Of a stretch of DNA of 64,000 nucleotides, positions 46,649-56,258 are shown one piece after another. This DNA comes from Alteromonadaceae bacterium (lineage in GTDB: Bacteria; Pseudomonadota; Gammaproteobacteria; Enterobacterales; Alteromonadaceae). Positions within the stretch are counted from its first letter, which is position 1; each line of letters begins with the position of its first letter. The stretch covers positions 41,337 to 105,336 of the forward strand of contig JBFHGJ010000001.1 in NCBI GenBank assembly GCA_041583135.1. Reading direction: 5' to 3'. The position numbers and the translations under genes were made by a program. The notes under the pieces were generated by a model, which was given only the letters and a program-made list of their open reading frames with translations, ran no database searches and was not told the DNA's origin.

Positions 46649-46996
46649 ATGAATATTAAAGCCAACGCCTTATACAGTGACTTGCAAGCCATGGCTTCGC
46701 AAGCCCGCCGTATGAATGACATTGCGCCAAACGTGGACAATACCGTTGTCGGCGGAGTCAACAACTCCAGTCAGGCTGACTTTGCCGGTATGCTTAAGTC
46801 GGCTATCGATAACGTCAACTCTGTACAGAAACACTCGGGTGAATTGAAAACCGCCGTAGAAATGGGCGATAGAAACGTGTCTATGGCTGAGGCCATGATT
46901 GCGTCGCAAAAGGCCAGCGTTGCCTTTGAAGCGACTGTTCAGGTGCGCAACAAGTTACTTGAAGCGTACAAAGAAATCATGAGTATGCCGGTTTAA
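46649..46996 (+). CDS. fliE: flagellar hook-basal body protein FliE
   Basis: 115 aa, FliE-type C-terminus (QKASVAFEATVQVRNKLLEAYKEIMSMPV). Confidence 0.9.
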   Translation: MNIKANALYSDLQAMASQARRMNDIAPNVDNTVVGGVNNSSQADFAGMLKSAIDNVNSVQKHSGELKTAVEMGDRNVSMAEAMIASQKASVAFEATVQVRNKLLEAYKEIMSMPV

Positions 46997-47016
46997 TTGG
47001 TTAAGGGGTAAGTGAC

Positions 47017-48738
47017 GTGGCTGAAGCAAGTGCATCAACAGATATGGTAGTCGCCAACGACGGGGCGGCCGACCCTTCTTCACAAGAACAAAAATCCGGC
47101 TTTATGGGCGGCTTTGGCGGCATCGATGTGCTGCGTCAGGTCACGCTCATTTTGGCGTTGGTGATCTGTATCGGTATCGCTATCTCTATCTTTTTATGGG
47201 CCAAAGAGCCGGATATGCGTCCATTGCAGGCGGCTAAAACCGACCAAGAGCTGATCCAAACGCTCGACTTTTTGGCGCTGAACAATATTCAGTATCGCCT
47301 GGATGGCAAAACCATTCATATCCCAGAAGAAGACTACGAAAACGTCAAGTTGTTGATGATCCGTCAAGGCATCGAGCAAGGTGGCGGCGATGGCTTAGGC
47401 AGCGGTCATGACATCATCATGCAAGACCAAGGTTTTGGTGTCAGCCAGCGTATGGAGATGGCACGTCTTAAGCTGTCGAAAGAAAATCAGATTGCCCGTA
47501 CTTTAGAAAACCTCAACAACGTAACCAAGGCCAAAGTCTTATTGGCCATTCCTAAAGAGCAGATCTTTGCCCGCAAGGCCAAACAACCGTCTGCCACCGT
47601 CGTACTGACCATCAAGCGCGGTCGCGTTTTAAGCTCAGAAGAAGTGGATTCGATTGTCGATATTACCGCCTCTGCCGTGCAGGGGATGGAGCCGAGCCGT
47701 GTTACAGTTACTGATCAGAGCGGTCGTCTATTGAATTCCGGTTCACAAAATTCGATGTCTGCCCGTGCTCGCAAAGAATATGAAATCGAGCTTAAGCGTG
47801 AACAAGAGTACATCAATAAAATCGACAGTATTCTTATTCCTGTCATTGGCTTAGGAAATTATACTGCACAGGTTGATGTGTCGATGGACTTCAGCCGGGT
47901 TGAAGAAACGCAAAAAAGCTATGACCCGGATATGCAGGCCACTCGCTCAGAAAACCTTATTGAAGACAACAATGTCGGTGGTATTGCCGCAGGTGTGCCG
48001 GGGGCGCTATCAAACAAGCCGCCACTCAATTCCAATATTCCAGAGACCGTCGGCACCGACAGCAGCAGTGAAAGTGTTGTGCCCGGCAGCACTCACAAGC
48101 AGACTACCCGCAACTATGAGTTGGATACCACAGTACGTCATAAATCTTCGCAAGTCGGTGTTATTCAGCGTTTAACTGTGTCGGTTGCACTGGATTATCA
48201 ACAACAGGAAGACGCCGAAGGCAATGTTACCCAAGTGCCTCGTACCGAAGCCGAATTGATGAACATTCGTCGCTTGTTGCAAGGCTCTATTGGCTTTGAT
48301 CTACACCGAGGCGATACAGTTGAAGTCGTGGCTATTCCATTCCAGAAGGAAAAACCGGCACCAGCTATCGAATTACCGCTTTGGCAGCAGCCTTGGTTTA
48401 TGAAAATGTTCCGTTTGGCCTTGGCCGCCCTCATCATCATCGTACTGATTTGGGTTGTGATGAAACCAATGCTGAAGAAACTGATTTATCCTGAGGATAC
48501 GCATGACGACTTCGAAGAAGATGCCTTCAGCAGCGGTCTTGATCTAGGCGACGATACGCTGGATATGCTGAGCAACGAGTTTGACGCCGGTGCGGTTGGC
48601 TTCTCACCTGACGGTACGCTACAATTGCCAGACCTACATGGCAATGAAGACTTGCTCAAAGCGGTTCGAGCGCTGGTAGCCAATGAGCCTGAGTTGTCTT
48701 CACAAGTGGTGAAAGCCTGGTTGAGCGAAGATGAGTGA
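47017..48738 (+). CDS. fliF: flagellar MS-ring protein FliF
   Basis: 573 aa with two TM segments, gene order. Confidence 0.92.
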   Translation: MAEASASTDMVVANDGAADPSSQEQKSGFMGGFGGIDVLRQVTLILALVICIGIAISIFLWAKEPDMRPLQAAKTDQELIQTLDFLALNNIQYRLDGKTIHIPEEDYENVKLLMIRQGIEQGGGDGLGSGHDIIMQDQGFGVSQRMEMARLKLSKENQIARTLENLNNVTKAKVLLAIPKEQIFARKAKQPSATVVLTIKRGRVLSSEEVDSIVDITASAVQGMEPSRVTVTDQSGRLLNSGSQNSMSARARKEYEIELKREQEYINKIDSILIPVIGLGNYTAQVDVSMDFSRVEETQKSYDPDMQATRSENLIEDNNVGGIAAGVPGALSNKPPLNSNIPETVGTDSSSESVVPGSTHKQTTRNYELDTTVRHKSSQVGVIQRLTVSVALDYQQQEDAEGNVTQVPRTEAELMNIRRLLQGSIGFDLHRGDTVEVVAIPFQKEKPAPAIELPLWQQPWFMKMFRLALAALIIIVLIWVVMKPMLKKLIYPEDTHDDFEEDAFSSGLDLGDDTLDMLSNEFDAGAVGFSPDGTLQLPDLHGNEDLLKAVRALVANEPELSSQVVKAWLSEDE

Positions 48739-49783
48739 TGTTGACCTTGACATCGACCTGTCCCCCTCGGAGGGGGGCTTCGATGTCAATAAGTTAGATG
48801 GCGTAGAAAAAGCCGCCATCTTACTGTTGAGTTTGTCCGAGGAGGACGCTGCACAAATACTCAAGCACCTTGAACCTAAGCAGGTGCAAAAAGTGGGGAT
48901 GGTGATGGCGGGGGTAGATGACCTCAACCAATCGAAAATCGCCGCTGTACACCGCCAATTTATTGACCAGATCCAAAACTTCAGCACCATCGGCTTCCAA
49001 TCTGAAAGCTTCATCAAAAATGCCCTTACCGCAGCCCTTGGCGAAGAAAAAGCCACCAACCTGATTGAACAAATCGTACTGGGTAGTGGCGCCAAAGGAT
49101 TGGACTCTTTGAAGTGGATGGACTCTAAGCAGGTGGCCAACATTATTCGCAACGAGCATCCGCAGATACAGACCATCGTTCTATCTTACTTGGAGCCGGA
49201 GCAAAGCGCCGAGATCCTCGGACAGTTTGCCGAGAAAGTCAGACTCGATTTGATGATGCGTATCGCCAACTTAGAAGAAGTACAACCTGCCGCTTTGCAG
49301 GAACTCAATGAGATCATGGAGAAACAGTTTGCCGGCCAGGCGGGAGCGCAAGCGGCGAAAATGGGCGGGCTAAAAGCGGCCGCCGACATCATGAACTATC
49401 TCGATACCAATATCGAAGGTCAGTTGATGGATTCGATTCGCGAGCACGACGAAGAATTGTCCCAGCAGATCCAAGACTTGATGTTCGTCTTTGAAAACTT
49501 ACTCGACATTGAAGATAGGGGCATTCAAACCATTTTACGTGAAGTGCAGCAAGATGTGCTGATGCGGGCAATTAAAGGTGCCGACGACGGGCTCAAAGAC
49601 AAGATCATGAACAACATGTCAAAACGTGCCGCCGATATGATGCGCGATGATCTCGAAGCGATGCCGCCGGTACGGGTCAGTGAAGTCGAAGCGGCACAAA
49701 AAGAAATTCTTTCAGTTGCCAGACGATTGGCCGATGCCGGAGAGATCATGCTAGGCGGTGGCGGCGGTGAAGAATTCCTGTAA
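48731..49783 (+). CDS. fliG: flagellar motor switch protein FliG
   Basis: 350 aa, MFVFENL motif, gene order. Confidence 0.94.
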   Translation: MSDVDLDIDLSPSEGGFDVNKLDGVEKAAILLLSLSEEDAAQILKHLEPKQVQKVGMVMAGVDDLNQSKIAAVHRQFIDQIQNFSTIGFQSESFIKNALTAALGEEKATNLIEQIVLGSGAKGLDSLKWMDSKQVANIIRNEHPQIQTIVLSYLEPEQSAEILGQFAEKVRLDLMMRIANLEEVQPAALQELNEIMEKQFAGQAGAQAAKMGGLKAAADIMNYLDTNIEGQLMDSIREHDEELSQQIQDLMFVFENLLDIEDRGIQTILREVQQDVLMRAIKGADDGLKDKIMNNMSKRAADMMRDDLEAMPPVRVSEVEAAQKEILSVARRLADAGEIMLGGGGGEEFL

Positions 49784-49845
49784 AATAAAAGTTTGAAGGT
49801 GATGGCTGTTGCCGTTACTGTGAACCCGTTTGCCAAGCCGCTTAT

Positions 49846-50688
49846 GTGGAAACCCTGATGCCGCTACCCGATAGAAAAGTAAAGAAACTGCAAGAATTGA
49901 CCGACGAAGAAATGGACTTGGTCAATTGGCACCTGCCTGATGTTGAGGACGACTTCAAAACCAATACCGGCAAAACTACCGCCATGGGTAAGCCTCTCGA
50001 TTGGTATTATGATAAAAAACCTCATCATCAAGAGGATGAGGAACAAGAGGAACAGCTACAACCGCTCACTGCTGAAGAAATCGAGGAGATACGACAGGCA
50101 GCCTATGAAGAAGGCATCTTGCAAGGCCACAACGACGGCTTTGAAAAAGGCCATGTCGAGGGGATGGAAAAAGGCTACGCCGATGGGCTTGAAAAAGGCA
50201 AAGAAGAAGGTTTTGAGAGTGGGCTAGAACAGGGCCGTGAAGCCGTCGAGCAAATGGCGGCAAGATGGCAGTCGATGATGGCGCAGTTGAATGCGCCGCT
50301 CAAAGAGGTCGATATCGAAGCCGAGCAGCAACTGGTTGAGCTGGCAGTGATGTTGGCCGAAGCGGTGGTTGGGGTCGAGGTTAAGACCAATCGCGAGGCG
50401 ATTTTCAATACCCTGAATGAATCGGTCAAAGCCTTGCCCATTGCCGATGGAACCTGCGAGATTAGGGTGCATCCGGATGATCTAGAGCTCATCAAACAAC
50501 ACTACAGTGACGAGCAGTTATTGGAAAATGGCTGGCAAGTCAAATCCGATCCCACCATTGAAATTGGCGGTTGCTTGGTAGAAAGCCGCACCTCATCAAT
50601 CGATCAGCGTTTAAAAACCCGGTTGAACAACACCTTGGAAAGGTTTTTGCAAGATACCGGTATCGCTGAAGCTAGGGAAAAAGATTAG
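49846..50688 (+). CDS. fliH: flagellar export-apparatus protein FliH
   Basis: Acidic N-terminus, a GxxxG/AxxxG-type repeat run (GHNDGFEKGHVEGMEKGYADGLEKGKEEGFESGLEQG), and position before fliI. The start could be GTG 49846 or ATG 49858. Confidence 0.88.
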   Translation: METLMPLPDRKVKKLQELTDEEMDLVNWHLPDVEDDFKTNTGKTTAMGKPLDWYYDKKPHHQEDEEQEEQLQPLTAEEIEEIRQAAYEEGILQGHNDGFEKGHVEGMEKGYADGLEKGKEEGFESGLEQGREAVEQMAARWQSMMAQLNAPLKEVDIEAEQQLVELAVMLAEAVVGVEVKTNREAIFNTLNESVKALPIADGTCEIRVHPDDLELIKQHYSDEQLLENGWQVKSDPTIEIGGCLVESRTSSIDQRLKTRLNNTLERFLQDTGIAEAREKD

Positions 50689-50694
50689 TCCTAC

Positions 50695-52053
50695 ATGAAT
50701 TATGAATCCGGCCCATTTTCACCGCGTCTGGCCCGCTACAAAAAGTTTGTTCGTCACGCCAAACCTACGGCAGCCGGGCGCTTAACCCGTGTCGTCGGAT
50801 TGACTTTAGAGGCGGTAGGCTGCCGTGCGCCCCTTGGCAGTTTGTGTCATGTCGAAACTTTGACGCAAACCATCAGCGCCGAGATTGTCGGTTTCTCCGA
50901 TGAAAGTATTTTTTTGATGCCGACCGAATCGGTGCAGGGCGTGCTGCCCGGCGCTCGGGTTGTGCCGCAAATGCAAGATACCGGCATACCAGTGGGCATG
51001 GCCCTATTGGGCCGAGTGATAGATGGTGCTGGTCGGCCGTTGGATGGCCTCGGGCCTTTAGGGGTCGAAGATACTGCCAACAATCTTGGTGTTGCCCTGA
51101 ATCCTTTAGATAGACGTCCTATTCGCGAGCCACTTGATGTGGGTGTGCGTGCCATCAATTCAATTATTACCGTTGGCCAAGGCCAGCGTATGGGTCTGTT
51201 TGCCGGCTCAGGTGTCGGTAAAAGTGTGCTGTTAGGTATGATGACTCGCGGTACGACGGCCGATGTGGTGGTGGTGGGGCTTATCGGTGAGCGCGGCCGT
51301 GAGGTGAAGGAGTTTATTGAAGAAATTTTAGGTGAAGAGGGTCGCAAGCGTTCTGTTGTGGTCGCCGCGCCTGCCGATAACTCGCCATTGATGCGGCTTA
51401 AAGGTTGTGAAACGGCGGCAACCATTGCGGAATACTTTCGCGATCAGGGGCTTAACGTGCTGTTGTTGCTCGACTCGGTAACCCGATATGCACAAGCTCA
51501 GCGTGAAATCGCCTTGGCTGTGGGCGAGCCGCCAGCAACTAAAGGTTATCCGCCTTCGGTATTCGCCAAATTGCCAGCATTGATTGAAAGGGCGGGTAAC
51601 GGTGGTGAAGGACAAGGTTCGATCACGGCTTTTTATACCGTTTTGACTGAAGGGGACGATTTACAAGACCCCATCGCCGATGCGGCAAGGGCCATTTTGG
51701 ATGGCCATATCGTACTGTCGCGGCAATTGGCCGACTCCGGTCATTATCCGGCGGTGGATATCGAAAAGTCTATCAGTCGTGTTATGCCAGCGGTCACCAG
51801 CGAAGAACACCAGTTGATCGCCCGCCAATTTAAACAGTTGTACTCTATCTATATGCAAAACAAAGATCTGATCTCTATCGGTGCCTACAGCAAAGGCTCT
51901 AACCCTGAAATTGACGCCGCCATCTTTATGATGCCCAAGTTCAAAGAGTTTTTGCAACAACGCATGGTTGATGTCATCGGTTATGATCAATGTCTTGCCA
52001 TGCTTGCTGATGTGATGGCGCCAGTGCAATCGACCAATGGTCAAGGCCAGTAA
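50695..52053 (+). CDS. fliI: flagellum-specific ATPase FliI
   Basis: Walker A GSGVGKS, Walker B LLLLDS, 452 aa. Confidence 0.95.
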   Translation: MNYESGPFSPRLARYKKFVRHAKPTAAGRLTRVVGLTLEAVGCRAPLGSLCHVETLTQTISAEIVGFSDESIFLMPTESVQGVLPGARVVPQMQDTGIPVGMALLGRVIDGAGRPLDGLGPLGVEDTANNLGVALNPLDRRPIREPLDVGVRAINSIITVGQGQRMGLFAGSGVGKSVLLGMMTRGTTADVVVVGLIGERGREVKEFIEEILGEEGRKRSVVVAAPADNSPLMRLKGCETAATIAEYFRDQGLNVLLLLDSVTRYAQAQREIALAVGEPPATKGYPPSVFAKLPALIERAGNGGEGQGSITAFYTVLTEGDDLQDPIADAARAILDGHIVLSRQLADSGHYPAVDIEKSISRVMPAVTSEEHQLIARQFKQLYSIYMQNKDLISIGAYSKGSNPEIDAAIFMMPKFKEFLQQRMVDVIGYDQCLAMLADVMAPVQSTNGQGQ

Positions 52054-52073
52054 CGGCGTAAAGGAGCGATTCG

Positions 52074-52514
52074 ATGGCGATACAACAGTTGATCATGGTG
52101 GCCAAATTAGAGCAGGAAAAAGAAGACAAACTTGCGCGCGAGTTTCAACAGGCCCAGCAAAACCTTGAGCAGAACAAACAGAAGATGCAGGGCATCGAAA
52201 GCTATCGTATGGAATATTTGACACAAATGCGTAACGAAGCCAATCAAGGGATGAAGATCAACAGTTATGGTCACTACCAACAGTTTATCTCCAAGCTCGA
52301 AGAAGCCGTCAAACAACAATCTGAGGTGATCCGTACTGCCTTTAAAGTGGTAAATCAACGACGCACCTTATGGCTTGAACAGCAACAAAAGCGCAAGGCG
52401 GTTGAAATGCTGATAGAGAAACATCGAGCCGCCGAACAGGCCAAAGCCGACCGCGCCGAACAGGCCCTGCTTGATGAAGTGGCGACGCAAAAGTTTTTTA
52501 GAACGCGAAAGTAA
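52074..52514 (+). CDS. fliJ: flagellar export chaperone FliJ
   Basis: 146-aa coiled-coil protein after fliI. Confidence 0.88.
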   Translation: MAIQQLIMVAKLEQEKEDKLAREFQQAQQNLEQNKQKMQGIESYRMEYLTQMRNEANQGMKINSYGHYQQFISKLEEAVKQQSEVIRTAFKVVNQRRTLWLEQQQKRKAVEMLIEKHRAAEQAKADRAEQALLDEVATQKFFRTRK

Positions 52515-52520
52515 AAATAA

Positions 52521-52562
52521 CCAACACAACAAGCAACATTGACTTTGCTCAGGTTGTGTTGG
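52521..52562 (+). other. 10-bp hairpin immediately after fliJ
   Basis: CCAACACAAC...GTTGTGTTGG with a 22-nt loop, followed by the palindrome TTGGCAAtTTGCCAA. Confidence 0.7.
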
Positions 52563-52629
52563 CAATTTGCCAAATCAACGAGGGTGTACCAAACTCTTTG
52601 TTTTACCGTCCCTGTTTGGAGACTATTTC

Positions 52630-53274
52630 ATGAACATCAGAAGTTGCTTGCTGACCGCGCTGTTGTTTGCCTCACTGAATGTATTTGCCCAACAGTCGCT
52701 CACGCAATCCTCTAGCCAATTGACAAAAAACCTTCAACTGCCTGAACTCAATATACCGACTAAGCTTGTCTTAGATAACTCGCAGCTCTCTGAGGTCAAT
52801 TCGTTTAAGTTACAGCTTCAGAACAATACGCTTGAGCAATATATTGAGGCAAACCGGTTGGCACAAATTAAAAAGGTTAGCTTCACAGACGAGGAAACGC
52901 AGTTATTCAAAAAGTTTTTGCCGCCCAAAACGCCTATTGAGAAGCTGCCTGAGATCAAATATTACTGGAAAAAGCTCAAGGAGGTTTGTCTTGCGTGTGC
53001 TGATGTCAGCGGCAGCCCACAGGCTGGAGATTTTCAGATCTCAGATTTCTATCGGCCTAGCGCTGGCGCAAGTGGTACTGGAAACATTGCCGCTCAGACT
53101 GATAAAGACGAGGCATCTGAGTGTGAAGTCCCCGGCTGGCTTGTGCAGCAGAAACTATTGCTGATAGGTATCGCGTTAAAGCAAGGGGTTGAACTACCAA
53201 CGATCGAAAAATACGCATGTGACAAAGGCTATATTACAGAGCTTATAGAGAGAATGAGTAAGGTTGAATCATGA
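52630..53274 (+). CDS. hypothetical secreted protein (214 aa, Sec signal peptide, 4 Cys in the mature part)
   Basis: ATG behind GGAGA, signal peptide MNIRSCLLTALLFASLNVFA/QQ. I recognise no family. Confidence 0.7.
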   Translation: MNIRSCLLTALLFASLNVFAQQSLTQSSSQLTKNLQLPELNIPTKLVLDNSQLSEVNSFKLQLQNNTLEQYIEANRLAQIKKVSFTDEETQLFKKFLPPKTPIEKLPEIKYYWKKLKEVCLACADVSGSPQAGDFQISDFYRPSAGASGTGNIAAQTDKDEASECEVPGWLVQQKLLLIGIALKQGVELPTIEKYACDKGYITELIERMSKVES

Positions 53275-53789
53275 AAACAATAGCATGGATCGTTCTACTA
53301 CTGTGCAGCAGCACGTTTAGTTGGGCCGCTGCCGAGAATGCGACAACACTTGAGCAAACCTATGTGCTTGAACGGCAAAAAGCAAGTATTGCCAGTGTTC
53401 AACGGGCTGAGAGCTTTGAACAGCTGCGCTTGGCCAATCGTGAAAAAGAAGTGTTGCACCGGCAAAAAACCTTTGAATTTCAATACATTCAAAGCTGGGT
53501 CATTTTCATCATGGTGATTGTGCTGGTGATGGGCGGTTTTGTCATGGCCTATCAGCAATTTAGAAAAGACATCAAAACGCCAGAACAAGAGGGCAATGGC
53601 GACTCACAGCAGAACAAGGATAACACCACCTTAGAGCTATCCACCTCGGGTATCAAGATTAGCTCATCTGTCATTGGTCTGATTGTTTTGGCCATGTCCT
53701 TTGCCTTCTTTTATATGTATATTACCCATGTATACAAAATAAACGACTTGTCTTTGCAGCCACAACCGCAGCAAGAAAAGCAAAAGTAG
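53271..53789 (+). CDS. hypothetical membrane protein (172 aa, signal/anchor plus two TM helices)
   Basis: ATGA overlap with the upstream ORF. Hydrophobic helices WVIFIMVIVLVMGGFVMAY and VIGLIVLAMSFAFFYMYI, and a Q/P-rich tail. Confidence 0.7.
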   Translation: MKTIAWIVLLLCSSTFSWAAAENATTLEQTYVLERQKASIASVQRAESFEQLRLANREKEVLHRQKTFEFQYIQSWVIFIMVIVLVMGGFVMAYQQFRKDIKTPEQEGNGDSQQNKDNTTLELSTSGIKISSSVIGLIVLAMSFAFFYMYITHVYKINDLSLQPQPQQEKQK

Positions 53790-53800
53790 CGGGTTCCCTC

Positions 53801-53847
53801 GTTGAGTTTGTGATGAAAGGCCACATCGGATAAATCACAAACTCAAC
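53801..53847 (+). other. perfect 14-bp hairpin after the inserted gene pair
   Basis: GTTGAGTTTGTGAT...ATCACAAACTCAAC with a 19-nt loop. Confidence 0.75.
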
Positions 53848-53895
53848 AATACCCGTAGCAACCGTTGTTTTTCATCCTTCAGTTATGCGTCACAT

Positions 53896-53911
53896 TGGCC
53901 TAAATCTTGAA
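53896..53911 (+). promoter_or_regulatory. sigma54-like promoter of the fliK operon
   Basis: TGGCCT-AAATC-TTGAA, with the same TTGAA -12 variant as the flrBC promoter, about 45 nt upstream of ATG 53955. Confidence 0.45.
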
Positions 53912-53954
53912 TAACTCTTTGTCAAATCGCAGTCGATTGATTGGAGTAAATCCT

Positions 53955-56162
53955 ATGCAGCACCAGTTAAGAATTATGCCAGAGGCCATTCCAGAGGTCC
54001 CAAGAGATAATAAAGTTGATAAATTTCAGTCGTTTGACGACTCTGGCAGAGAAAAATTCGATACCGTATACCGTCAGCAGTTTGGCGCACAAGACAATGA
54101 GCCCGGCACCGGGGCGATGGATAAAGCGGCAAAAATTGACGCCGCCCGTAGCCGCAATGAAGCCGGACATGAGGCAGACGAAAAAATTGACGGCAACGCC
54201 GACGATGCCGAACAGCCGGTCAAAGTGTGTGGCAAGTCGCCTGAGGCCCCGGTAAAGGTTTGCGGTAAATCGCCAAGTACAACAGGCGCTGCCATCGATG
54301 GTGAAAAGGCCGCTGAGGTTGCTGCTCAAACCGGCCAAAGCGATATTGCCGGGCGCGACAAAATTGACGGTAAGCTTGAACAGCTGCTGTTGTTGATGGA
54401 GCAGTCCAATCAAGTATTAAACGGTGGTCAAGGTATTGCCAAAGGCGAACCCAATGGCGCCGATAGTGAGCAAATGCTGCGTCAAAACAAGCTCTCTGCT
54501 GCCATTGAAGCGGCACTGGATAAAGGCAAAGAGGGCAAGTTTAATCTTGCCGCTTTACTGGAATCTTATGGGGATGGCGATAATAAAAAGCTTAACCTTG
54601 ACTCTGACGAAGGCAAACTGGTGGCCAAAGAGCTCAAGCAGATGCTGTTGGCAGACGGTGCACAGGGCACGAAATCACTAAATCTTTCTGGTGCCGATAA
54701 AGCCGCACTGTTAAGTGAATTAAAGGCGCTCACCTCACAATCCGGTGGCGGTAAATTTGACTTGTCGCAATTTGAAACCCCAGGGATCAATGGTACGCCA
54801 AATGCGCCAAGCAGTGATGAGCTAAGTGCCGAACCACTCAAACCGCAGATGGATCTGGCACAAATTCACAAATCGCTTGGTAATAGCGGTCAAACCCCAC
54901 CAATTCGTCCTTCAACCGACGTCAGTGATGAAACGGCTACGCAAACCAAAGGTGGCAGTGATGGGGTAAGTGCTGAGGTTAAAGCAAACCTTGCCGCACA
55001 AATGCAAAGCATGGGCAAAACCAAGCCTGAAGGGAGTGAGGCGGCGGCAAATGACAAAGCGGAGCCTAAGCTAACCGAGCAATTGGCGCAAACGCAGGCT
55101 AGCGAGGGTGACAAGTTTGATTTGGAACAATATCAAACGCCGGACATCAAACCAAAACTCGACGGTCAAGCGTCAGCGGATGACAATGTTCAGGCTCAAG
55201 TGACCAAACCGATGGAAAATACGGGCAAAAGCAGTCCTTTTGAGCACAACCTGACGGCGCAAAATACCACTGGGCAAAACGCGGCTCAATCAGGTGCCGA
55301 GCAGACCAAACCAATGGAAAAGGCCGATCCGTTGACGGCGGCGTTGCAGGGCAATGCCAGCCAGCGTGACAACAAGAATATTTTAGGCACCAGCGATAAA
55401 GTCAAGTCTAATGGCGCGACAACCATTACTAAGGACATTCAAATCTCAGAGCAAGCCGGTGCTGCTGGCGACGCTGAAAAACGGATGCAGTCCGATGAAA
55501 GTGAATTGATGGCCGAGACCAACCTTGGCGAACAAAAAGCGGTGGTAGATGAGAAAATGACACGCTTAAATCCCAAAGAGCTGGGACTTGGCGCTGCAAT
55601 AGCCGATAAGCCGCAAGGCGCCGTTGGCGGCACGAGTCAGTTTGCTGAGAGCTTAAATGCCATTCATTCGGCCAATCAAAGTGCCGATAAGTTTGCAGCT
55701 AAGACCCCAGAACCACTTGCTCAGCCGCTTAATATCGTTAAACCCGATGTGGCCGCAGGCAGTATGAAAGAACGCTTGGTGGTGATGATGAGTAAAGGCA
55801 TTCAAAGCGCCGATATTCGCCTAGACCCGGCGGAGCTGGGACAGATGCAGGTGAAAATGAGCATCGACAATGATGTTACTACGGTCAATTTTGTGGTGCA
55901 AAACCAACAGGCAAAAGAGCTTTTAGAGCAGGCTATGCCTAAACTGAAAGATATGTTGGCTGAACAAGGCATCAATTTAGGTGAGGGGACGGTACATCAA
56001 GACGATAAAGGTCAACAGCAATGGCAGGCCAGTCAAAATAATGACGGTCGCGGTCAGGGTGGCAGTCATGGCGAACACGCTGAGGCAGAAGTTGACCCTG
56101 TAGTGGCACAACAGCTAAAAATTGCTGGTGGCGCTTTAGGCGGTATCGACTTTTTTGCCTGA
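53955..56162 (+). CDS. fliK: flagellar hook-length control protein FliK
   Basis: Long low-complexity N-region and a FliK C-terminal domain (IRLDPAELGQMQVKMSIDNDVTTVNFVVQNQQAKELLEQ). Start set at the ATG behind GGAG. Confidence 0.88.
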   Translation: MQHQLRIMPEAIPEVPRDNKVDKFQSFDDSGREKFDTVYRQQFGAQDNEPGTGAMDKAAKIDAARSRNEAGHEADEKIDGNADDAEQPVKVCGKSPEAPVKVCGKSPSTTGAAIDGEKAAEVAAQTGQSDIAGRDKIDGKLEQLLLLMEQSNQVLNGGQGIAKGEPNGADSEQMLRQNKLSAAIEAALDKGKEGKFNLAALLESYGDGDNKKLNLDSDEGKLVAKELKQMLLADGAQGTKSLNLSGADKAALLSELKALTSQSGGGKFDLSQFETPGINGTPNAPSSDELSAEPLKPQMDLAQIHKSLGNSGQTPPIRPSTDVSDETATQTKGGSDGVSAEVKANLAAQMQSMGKTKPEGSEAAANDKAEPKLTEQLAQTQASEGDKFDLEQYQTPDIKPKLDGQASADDNVQAQVTKPMENTGKSSPFEHNLTAQNTTGQNAAQSGAEQTKPMEKADPLTAALQGNASQRDNKNILGTSDKVKSNGATTITKDIQISEQAGAAGDAEKRMQSDESELMAETNLGEQKAVVDEKMTRLNPKELGLGAAIADKPQGAVGGTSQFAESLNAIHSANQSADKFAAKTPEPLAQPLNIVKPDVAAGSMKERLVVMMSKGIQSADIRLDPAELGQMQVKMSIDNDVTTVNFVVQNQQAKELLEQAMPKLKDMLAEQGINLGEGTVHQDDKGQQQWQASQNNDGRGQGGSHGEHAEAEVDPVVAQQLKIAGGALGGIDFFA

Positions 56163-56258
56163 AACGCGAAAAATCCTTAAATAACAATTGATATTGTGCT
56201 TAGCTGATAGCAATAATATAAACCAGACGTTAACCTTTAACTTAAGTGGGTAACAGTA

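Noticed and set aside
49802-49858. An 18-codon upstream ORF (ATG 49802 behind GAAGGTG) has a TGA that overlaps the ATG at 49858 in fliH, suggesting translational coupling.
   Set aside because: It is too short and I cannot check its conservation. The GTG at 49846 may be the true fliH start, in which case the small ORF simply overlaps fliH. I note it only as a start-site ambiguity.
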